This document shows positions 54,248-61,375 of a DNA stretch of 64,000 nucleotides, piece after piece. This stretch comes from Acidobacteriota bacterium (lineage in GTDB: Bacteria; Acidobacteriota; Aminicenantia; Aminicenantales; Saccharicenantaceae). Made by a program: the position numbers and the translations under genes. The stretch covers positions 6,678 to 70,677 of the forward strand of contig JAQULR010000006.1 of assembly GCA_028749205.1 (NCBI GenBank). Reading direction: 5' to 3'. Within the stretch, counting starts at the first letter, position 1; each line of letters opens with the position of its first letter. The notes under the pieces were generated by a model that worked only from the letters and a program-made list of their open reading frames with translations, was not told the origin of the DNA and did no database searches.

Positions 54248-56299
54248 GTGCTATCGCTGGCTGAAAGAATTATCCTGTTTTTACTCGTCCTGGCCACCAT
54301 TGTCCTTTTTTTCATTCCTTTTTTTAAGCGGCTCCTGATAATAGTCCGCTGTCAGTATGCCAATCGATTCGGTTCGCTTCTAAAAAGGTTTTTTTATACT
54401 CTTTCCCGGGTTTTTCTCCAGCTCTGCACCCTGAAAAATGAGAGACCCTGGAGCGGCGTAGCTCATGTTCTTGTTTTCTACGGAGCCCTGGTCTTCGATA
54501 CCATGGCTGTCAACCATATCCTGGAAGGTTATATAGACGGTTTTTCACTTTTTGGCTCATCGACTGCTGGAAAAATTTTCATGGCTTCAGTGGATTTTTT
54601 TGCCGTGGCGGTGCTCTTAGGGGTAATCTTCTTCGCCGGCAGAAGGTTTCTGCTAAAGCTTCCCAGTTACAACACTGGCAGCCGTGATTCAGCTTTAATC
54701 TATACTTTTATCTCGCTGTCGGTAATTACTTATATTGTATTTAGTATGTTTTCGGTGACCGCTAATCCAGCCAGTAATCCCTGGGCCCGGATCAGTCGTT
54801 TTCTTGCTGAAAGATTTAATCTGATGGCTCTATCAGCTTCAGAGCTAAACCTGAATCTTAAGATAACCTACTGGCTGCATGCCATAGTAGTGTTTTCTTT
54901 TATTTCTTATGTGCCGCATTCCAAATATTTTCATCTTTTTGCTGGGCCGGTTAACCTGTTTTTCCGGAAAGATCAACCATCTGCCATGATCCGGCCGGCC
55001 GACCTGGAAACAGCTGAAAATTTCGGGGCCGAAAAAGCCACGGATTTTACCTGGAAAGATGCTCTCGATTCGATTGCCTGTGTGGAATGCGGCAGATGTC
55101 AGGATGTCTGTCCGGCTTTTCAGAGCGGAAAGGCTTTTTCTCCCAAGATGATAATTCTGAACCTGGAAAAGCATCTGTTATCTGAGTATAAGGCCATTAG
55201 GGGGAAAAAAACAGAGCAGCTCCCGGCTCTGATCCCCCTGGTATTTACCGAAGAAGAAATCTGGGCCTGTACCACCTGCGGGGCCTGCCTTCATGTCTGT
55301 CCCTTTGAGATTGAACCTCCAGATAAGCTGATTGACTTGCGTCAGAATTTGGTTCTTAGCCAGGGGCGTTTTCCAGCTGAACTCCAGACTTTTTTCCATA
55401 GTCTTGAAACCCACAGTAATCCCTGGGGCTGGCCGGCCTCTCAGAGAGCTTTGCTGGCTGAAGAGTTCAGAGTTAAAACAATAGAAGAAAATCCAGAAGC
55501 AGAATATCTGCTCTGGCTGGGTTGCTTTGGCTCTTATGATGAGCAGGGGAAAAAGATTGCCGGAGCGATGATTGAAATACTCAAGGCGGCAGATATCAGT
55601 TTTGCCATTCTGGGAGATAGAGAACGTTGCTGCGGGGATTCGGCCCGGCGGCTGGGCAATGAGTACCTTTTCCAGAATCTGGCCCGGGAAAATCTTAAAA
55701 CCCTGGCCGGGCTTAATAAGATTAATGGGCTGATAACTTTCTGTCCACATGGCTACAATACGCTCAAAAACGAATATCCGGCTCTTCTGGATCTCTTTCC
55801 TGATTTCAGTCTGGAAGAAAAAAAACGAATTAAATCCCTCCGGATTATATCCCACCTGGAGTTTCTGGCAGAACTGTTGAAAGAAAAGAAGCTATCATTT
55901 GGGGATAAGCTCAAAGACTCTACCCTGGCTGATGGTTCATATGCTATCCATGATTCCTGCTACTACGGGCGTCACAATGGACTGCTGGAACAGCCCAGAC
56001 AGATTCTATCAGCGGTGCTTCCTGAAGACCTGAAAGAGCTCAAAAATTCTAAGGAACATACATTCTGCTGTGGAGCCGGTGGAGGTCTGATGTGGTTAGA
56101 AGAAAAACCTGACCAGCGGGTTAATCACCTAAGAGCTCAAGAAATAATTCAAAATGGCAGCCGGCTTCTGGTAACTTCCTGTCCTTTCTGCCTGACCATG
56201 CTTCAGGATGGCCTAAAAGATAAGGGAGCTGACCTGATAAAGGTTATGGATATAGCTCAGATTATAGCCGCCAATCTTTATAATTCTGAGCAGAGTTAA
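54248..56299 (+). CDS. membrane-anchored Fe-S oxidoreductase, HdrD/DsrMK-like (NarI-like TM domain + 2x[4Fe-4S] + two CCG domains)
   Basis: GTG start behind a GAGGAGG RBS. It has about 6 N-terminal TM helices with conserved His, CVECGRCQDVCP and CTTCGACLHVCP motifs, and CCG-type Cys clusters (LGCFGSYD...CCGDS and HDSCYYGR...FCCGAGGG). Confidence 0.82.
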   Translation: MLSLAERIILFLLVLATIVLFFIPFFKRLLIIVRCQYANRFGSLLKRFFYTLSRVFLQLCTLKNERPWSGVAHVLVFYGALVFDTMAVNHILEGYIDGFSLFGSSTAGKIFMASVDFFAVAVLLGVIFFAGRRFLLKLPSYNTGSRDSALIYTFISLSVITYIVFSMFSVTANPASNPWARISRFLAERFNLMALSASELNLNLKITYWLHAIVVFSFISYVPHSKYFHLFAGPVNLFFRKDQPSAMIRPADLETAENFGAEKATDFTWKDALDSIACVECGRCQDVCPAFQSGKAFSPKMIILNLEKHLLSEYKAIRGKKTEQLPALIPLVFTEEEIWACTTCGACLHVCPFEIEPPDKLIDLRQNLVLSQGRFPAELQTFFHSLETHSNPWGWPASQRALLAEEFRVKTIEENPEAEYLLWLGCFGSYDEQGKKIAGAMIEILKAADISFAILGDRERCCGDSARRLGNEYLFQNLARENLKTLAGLNKINGLITFCPHGYNTLKNEYPALLDLFPDFSLEEKKRIKSLRIISHLEFLAELLKEKKLSFGDKLKDSTLADGSYAIHDSCYYGRHNGLLEQPRQILSAVLPEDLKELKNSKEHTFCCGAGGGLMWLEEKPDQRVNHLRAQEIIQNGSRLLVTSCPFCLTMLQDGLKDKGADLIKVMDIAQIIAANLYNSEQS

Positions 56300-56453
56300 G
56301 GGATCAAGTCTGGAGCAAAAAATCAGCCGGTTCCAGGCTAGCCATATCTGGGAAAGAGCAGGGAAGAGCTTGCTCCGATTACCTGATAAATATGGCTGGC
56401 AGGAACTTTTAAAGAGCAGTGATTTCTAAGTATGAACTATGAATAATCGTTAA

Positions 56454-56481
56454 ACCTGCTTTATTCATGAATAATCCAGGT
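56454..56481. repeat. 28-bp palindromic intergenic motif (copy 3)
   Basis: ACCTGCTTTATT-CATG-AATAATCCAGGT. An extra half-site, GAATAATCGT, lies at 56441-50. It is about 100 nt upstream of the tRNA-Arg(CCG) promoter. Confidence 0.75.
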
Positions 56482-56577
56482 ATATTAAGTTGCCAGGTCT
56501 TCTTTTGAAGTGACTGGATGCCATAAAAAATTCATTTCTTAATAGAAGGCCCGGTGTAGCCTGATCATCTGTCCTGG

Positions 56578-56606
56578 TTGCTATGATTTATAAAATCAAG
56601 TATAAA
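56578..56606 (+). promoter_or_regulatory. sigma70-like promoter for tRNA-Arg(CCG)
   Basis: TTGCTA (56578-83), a 17-nt spacer, then TATAAA (56601-06), 9 nt before the mature tRNA 5' end. Confidence 0.45.
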
Positions 56607-56615
56607 TAAGAGAGT

Positions 56616-56689
56616 GCGCCTGTAGCTCAGCTGGATAGAGCGACGGACTCCGGATCCGTAGGTCGCGCGTTCGAATCGCGCCAGGCGTA
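56616..56689 (+). tRNA. tRNA-Arg (anticodon CCG)
   Basis: 74-nt cloverleaf. Acceptor GCGCCTG/CAGGCGT (G1-U72 wobble), D arm GCTC-AGCTGGATA-GAGC, anticodon stem ACGGA/TCCGT with loop CTCCGGA, T arm GCGCG-TTCGAAT-CGCGC, discriminator A. CCA is not encoded. Confidence 0.9.
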
Positions 56690-56722
56690 CTTTTGCTAAT
56701 AAATCCGGCCTGGAGAAAGGTA

Positions 56723-57586
56723 ATGAGGCGGTTAGCCCTCAGAATTCAGCCTAAATTAAAAGTCATTTTTGCCGGGCTATTTTTCATTCTAATATTAGCA
56801 CCTGTCCCTGATGAGGCCTGGGAAATTAATTTTTCAGGCTCGGTTTTTTGCTCGCCCCCGGGTTTCATGGATGAATTCTGGCTCTTGAGTTATTTCCAGG
56901 TTCAGGCTCAAGAAATATCCCGTAATCTGGAAAACCTGGCTGGTATTACCGGAAGTCATTCGGCTAAGAGAAAATTTTATCAGGTTTTGAGAGTAATTGA
57001 TGGAGACAGCCTGGAAATAGAGACTATAGGTGAGGTCAGGCTGATTGGAGTAGATACCCCAGAATTATATCATCCGCTTAAACCGGTCCAATATTATGCT
57101 AAGGAAGCTTCAGAATTTGTCCGGAATCTTATTGGCCAGTTGCGAGTTAGGTTGGAATATGACCAGGAGCGAACGGACAAATACGGCCGGACGCTGGCTT
57201 ATGTGTATCTGGAAGATGGTCGCTGTCTGAATGAAGAAATAATCAGGCATGGCTACGGCTTTGCCTTGCAAAGATTTCCCTTTAAGTATCTGGTTAAATA
57301 TAGGGAAATCGAAGCTCAAGCCAGGACCAAAGGTCTGGGGCTCTGGGCTAACCAGGGTCTAAATGAGTTTAACTGGATAGTCGCTCAGGAAACCCTGGCC
57401 TATGAAATTTTTGAAATGGCTAATAACTGGTGGGCTGTAAGGTACAAAGAATATGTTAAGCTCCGGCTAACCACTGAAGACCTCAGGCAAGAGCTGATTA
57501 GCCTGAGGCAGTGGACCAACGAATTCTCCCCCTTAGACCTGGAAAAAGCTCTTTTGAATAATGGCTGGCTTAAGGTTGAAAAATGA
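56723..57586 (+). CDS. secreted staphylococcal-nuclease (SNase/thermonuclease) homologue with C-terminal extension
   Basis: Start trimmed to the ATG at 56723 (GGAGAAAGG RBS); the track ORF would begin 3 nt after the tRNA. It has an N-terminal TM/signal. The SNase blocks are LRVIDGDSLEI, VRLIGVDTPE and DKYGRTLAYVYLEDGRCLNEEIIRHGYG. Confidence 0.85.
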   Translation: MRRLALRIQPKLKVIFAGLFFILILAPVPDEAWEINFSGSVFCSPPGFMDEFWLLSYFQVQAQEISRNLENLAGITGSHSAKRKFYQVLRVIDGDSLEIETIGEVRLIGVDTPELYHPLKPVQYYAKEASEFVRNLIGQLRVRLEYDQERTDKYGRTLAYVYLEDGRCLNEEIIRHGYGFALQRFPFKYLVKYREIEAQARTKGLGLWANQGLNEFNWIVAQETLAYEIFEMANNWWAVRYKEYVKLRLTTEDLRQELISLRQWTNEFSPLDLEKALLNNGWLKVEK

Positions 57587-58332
57587 GAAAGACCACCCGG
57601 CTTCTGTCAATTTTTATTTGGTTGATTTTTTGTGGGCTCGGGACCGGAAAAGTTTTCTCACAGGAAAAAGTTATATCCTGGGAAGAGGCCAGAGATCACA
57701 TCGGCCAGAGCGTAGTGGTAGAAGGGGGAATTGTCAGAACTTTCAATTCCGGGCGGGCCTGTTTTTTAAATTTTCATCCCGATTACCAACATCATCTAAG
57801 CCTGGTCATATTAGCACCTGACTTTCCTGAATTTCCTCCCGAACCAGAAAAATATTATCTGAATAAAAAAGTCAGAGCCAGGGGGCGGATTCTTCTTTAT
57901 CAGGGCCGGCCAGAAATAATTCTTGATTCGCCTGCCCAGATAATCCTACTCGACGAGCTTACACAACAGGAAAAACAAACCCTGGTGTCGATTCCGGGCC
58001 AAGAGTCTAAAACAAACCTTCAAGCCGACCCCAGGACGGCTAAAGAGATTTCCTGGGAAGAAGCCGCCGATTACTATGGTCAGGTGGTCTGGGTTCGGGG
58101 AAAGGTTGTAGCCGCTAATAATACCGGCAAAGTATGTTTTCTAAATTTTCACCGCAACTGGAAAAGATATTTTACTGTGGTGATCTTTGCCAGCGACTTT
58201 GGCCGCTTTCCTGAGCCCCCGGAAAAGCTATATCTTAACCGGGAAATTAGAGTTTATGGCCTGGTGCGCGACTATCAAGGCAAGCCGGAAATAATTGTGG
58301 AAAGTCCCGAGCAGATAGAAATTATCCAGTAG
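57583..58332 (+). CDS. secreted protein with two tandem OB-fold-like repeats
   Basis: It has a signal peptide and two roughly 100-aa repeats with about half their positions identical: ISWEEARDHIGQSVVVEGGIV...CFLNFH...YQGRPEIILDSPAQI and ISWEEAADYYGQVVWVRGKVV...CFLNFH...YQGKPEIIVESPEQI. The ATGA overlaps the nuclease gene. Confidence 0.7.
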   Translation: MRKTTRLLSIFIWLIFCGLGTGKVFSQEKVISWEEARDHIGQSVVVEGGIVRTFNSGRACFLNFHPDYQHHLSLVILAPDFPEFPPEPEKYYLNKKVRARGRILLYQGRPEIILDSPAQIILLDELTQQEKQTLVSIPGQESKTNLQADPRTAKEISWEEAADYYGQVVWVRGKVVAANNTGKVCFLNFHRNWKRYFTVVIFASDFGRFPEPPEKLYLNREIRVYGLVRDYQGKPEIIVESPEQIEIIQ

Positions 58333-58347
58333 GACACACAGGTTAGT

Positions 58348-60126
58348 TTATTGATAAGAAAGGCAGACCCCTACGGCCCCGATTCCAACATGGACTCCAA
58401 TTACCGGTGAAACATCCAGGATGAATCGGGCTGGTTGACTGCAGATCTTTTCCATTTCTTTAGCGTAGATTTCAGCTCTAAGGCGGTTTTTGACGTGGAC
58501 CACCGAATAAGAATGGATGGGATGCTCCCGGTGCCTTTGGCGGACCATTTTTAGAATCTTTTTGAAATTTTGCCTGCGGCTGAAGGACTTAGCAGACTGA
58601 ACCGCCTGGCCCTGTTTATTCAGAGTGATTATCGGTTTGATGTTCAGCAGTCTGGCCAATAATCCCTTCATCGGGCTGACCCGGCCGCCCTGGACCATAT
58701 ATTTAAGCGTTTTGATATCCACCAGGAGTTCAGTTTTAGACTCCAGTTCTTCAGCTCTGGCTGCCAGCTCGTCCACATCTCTAACTGTGCTTCGCTCTTC
58801 CAGCAGTCGTTGAGCCATAAGTCCTAAGGAGCCTGAGATATGGTGGCTATCAACAACTCTTATCTTTTTCTCTGGAAATTTTTCAGCTACGGCTTTAACC
58901 AGATTATAATAGCCCGAAAGGGCACTGGAAATAGTTAAGACCAGGATGGAATCAAAATGGCTGCTCAGGAAGGAAAACCAATTTTCTACGGTCTTAGGAG
59001 CTGGTTGAGCACTGCCCGGCATTATCTCTTCCTCGGCCATGATTTCATAAAGCTTTTCGGGAGAAATGGTCATCTTATCCAGAAAAACGTGATTTTTGAT
59101 GTTTAATAATAAGGGAATAACCACTACCTGGTTATCTTCCAGAATGGATGCCGGGAGATCGCAGGAAGAGTCCACTACTAAGGCTATCCTGCTTTTAGGT
59201 CTGAGGCTTATTTCCGATTGAAGCTTCATATCTTCTACCTTCGGCTGGACAATAGTCCCCAGGTCTTTAAGGGCATCAAAAAGCTTCAGGGGCTCATTGG
59301 TATGAACATGAAACCGGGCTTTCGAGTCTGAGCCACCGGTTATGGCTGAGTCGCCGGCTTTTACCACCAGCTCTTTTATCTTACTCAGGTCCAGATTATC
59401 CCCGGTAATCAGGGCTTCTGTGCAGTAGCGGTAGGGAATATCTTCTTTAACCTGGTGAGGGGTTTCCTGGAATTCCACTGCTGCTATTTCCTGGTTCAAG
59501 ACCTTTTTCAGGCTTCCCTGATGGATGAAATCCACTACTCCTTCTATAAAATCAACAAAGCCCTTAGCTCCAGCATCTACTACCCCGGCCTTCCTGAGGA
59601 CAGATAATTTTTTAGGTGTCTCCTGTAGGGCCTGTCGGGTTCTTTCCAGAGAATGATGAAGCAGTTCATAGAAATCAGAGAACCGGTGCCGGTTCTGGTA
59701 GATTTCATCGGCCCATTCCCGAATAAGAGTCAATATGGTTCCTTCCTGGGGGTAGGCTGTGGAACTATAAGCGTAACTAACGGCATTTTTAACTGTCTCA
59801 CCAAAACCGGCTGTGGAAATCCTAACGTCATTACCCAGCTCTTTGCTCAATCCATAGAGGTATTGAGCAAAAATCAATCCAGAATTTCCGCGAGCCCCCA
59901 TCAGCGCGGCGTCGGCTATCGACCGCAAGGATTCTTTGATTGAGTGAGAAGGGCTGGCCTGTTCGGCGATGGCTTTCATGGTCGAAGCCAGGTTAGTTCC
60001 GGTATCTCCATCAGGAATAGGAAAGACATTGATCTTATTAAGATAGGCAAAATCCTTGATGATAGCCTTTCCCCCAGCCAGAAAGGCAAAATATAATCTT
60101 CGACCATCCAGATATTTTATCTTCAT
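58348..60126 (-). CDS. Dak2 (DhaL/FakA-N-like) domain fused to a DegV (FakB-like) domain
   Basis: The N-terminus LNKINVFPIPDGDTGTNL is the Dak2/YloV signature. The C-terminal half (IALVVDSSCDLP ... SAQPAPKT ... ISSALSGYYN ... VVDSHHISGSLG) is a typical DegV fatty-acid-binding domain. Confidence 0.82.
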   Translation of the reverse strand: MKIKYLDGRRLYFAFLAGGKAIIKDFAYLNKINVFPIPDGDTGTNLASTMKAIAEQASPSHSIKESLRSIADAALMGARGNSGLIFAQYLYGLSKELGNDVRISTAGFGETVKNAVSYAYSSTAYPQEGTILTLIREWADEIYQNRHRFSDFYELLHHSLERTRQALQETPKKLSVLRKAGVVDAGAKGFVDFIEGVVDFIHQGSLKKVLNQEIAAVEFQETPHQVKEDIPYRYCTEALITGDNLDLSKIKELVVKAGDSAITGGSDSKARFHVHTNEPLKLFDALKDLGTIVQPKVEDMKLQSEISLRPKSRIALVVDSSCDLPASILEDNQVVVIPLLLNIKNHVFLDKMTISPEKLYEIMAEEEIMPGSAQPAPKTVENWFSFLSSHFDSILVLTISSALSGYYNLVKAVAEKFPEKKIRVVDSHHISGSLGLMAQRLLEERSTVRDVDELAARAEELESKTELLVDIKTLKYMVQGGRVSPMKGLLARLLNIKPIITLNKQGQAVQSAKSFSRRQNFKKILKMVRQRHREHPIHSYSVVHVKNRLRAEIYAKEMEKICSQPARFILDVSPVIGVHVGIGAVGVCLSYQ

Positions 60127-60243
60127 CGGTTACTTCTATCCTTAGTTAATATTTATGTTTTTTTATTTTAATTATTTTACCAGATTATACTTATAACTGC
60201 CAACCCGATTTGCCGGGAGACCAAAAGTGTTGGTCTTCAGCCA

Positions 60244-61128
60244 TCATTTCCCGGCTGCCGGCCTAACATTATCCCGAAGGTAACGAGGAAGATAAAACAT
60301 CGACAGGTGGGTTTGACCATCATAAAAACGGAGAGAACCTTTAATTTTTCTGGCTATCATTCTATCTATGACCTCTGGTCGTAACAGTGGGTCCAGGTGA
60401 TTTTTTACTCCCAGCAAAAATCCCCAATTGCTGTTATAAGAGGGAACGTAAGTCTGATAGCTATAAGACTGCTTAAAAACTGCTGCCAGGTTATCCTTGA
60501 TTGCCAAATGGCCTTCAACCTGACTCGGTTTGATGCTCTCTGCCTGAGTAACCAGAATACCGTCGGGAGTCAGCCGGTTGTAAGCCAAACGGTAATAGTC
60601 TGTAGTGTAAAGGCGAGAGGCCTGAGAATCTGGATAGGGCTCCGGCAGGTCCATAATGATCACCTCAAAAAGCTCCTCAGTCTGCCTGATAAAATCCCAG
60701 CCGTCCTGAAAAATCAACTTAACTGCGGGATGGTCAAAAGCACCTTGATGCCATTCTTCCAGATGTTGTCTTGAAAAATCAATCACCTCAGAATCGATAT
60801 CCACTCCGGTTATTTTTAGGCCATCATATTTGAGAAGTTCTCTTATGGTGGCTCCTTCTCCTACTCCCATCACCAAAACCTTCCTGGGGTTGGGGTGAAG
60901 AACTAAAGCTGGATGAATCAGGGCTTCATGATAGATAAATTCATCCTTTTCGGCTGACTGTATTCTTCCGTCTATGATCAGGCATTTGCCCAAACTTTCT
61001 ACCTCTATAATCTGAATTCTTTGGAACTTTGATTGATAATCGACCAGGACTTTTTTTATTCCGAAACAATGATACTGATCGCTTTCGCTGTGGTCGACAA
61101 ACCATTGAGAAAATGGCTTACGTTTCAT
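60244..61128 (-). CDS. speE: polyamine aminopropyltransferase (spermidine synthase family)
   Basis: It has YHEALIHP, SAM-fold VLVMGVGEGATIRELLK, GVDIDSEVI and IIMDLPEP blocks. Confidence 0.82.
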   Translation of the reverse strand: MKRKPFSQWFVDHSESDQYHCFGIKKVLVDYQSKFQRIQIIEVESLGKCLIIDGRIQSAEKDEFIYHEALIHPALVLHPNPRKVLVMGVGEGATIRELLKYDGLKITGVDIDSEVIDFSRQHLEEWHQGAFDHPAVKLIFQDGWDFIRQTEELFEVIIMDLPEPYPDSQASRLYTTDYYRLAYNRLTPDGILVTQAESIKPSQVEGHLAIKDNLAAVFKQSYSYQTYVPSYNSNWGFLLGVKNHLDPLLRPEVIDRMIARKIKGSLRFYDGQTHLSMFYLPRYLRDNVRPAAGK

Positions 61129-61375
61129 TGGTCTCTCCCTGAAGTCAGACTTATAGAAAAGATTATTTATATTGAAGCGAAAAACTGACCATTTAAAACA
61201 ATCAGATAACTGATTATCTTAGTGTCTATTATAATAGAATTAGCCAGAAAAAGGCCAATGATTTGTTATCGGCTGAAATAATCAGACCTGACCGTTGGTA
61301 GATTTCTAGCAACTCGGGAAACAACCTGCTGTTAATCTGTGATGTTAAGTTTTCTAGCCACAGCGACTTCTTTGA

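Noticed and set aside
54845-55855. Minus-strand ORFs 54845..55174 and 55178..55855
   Set aside because: They are antisense to the HdrD-like gene, whose Cys motifs are unambiguous.
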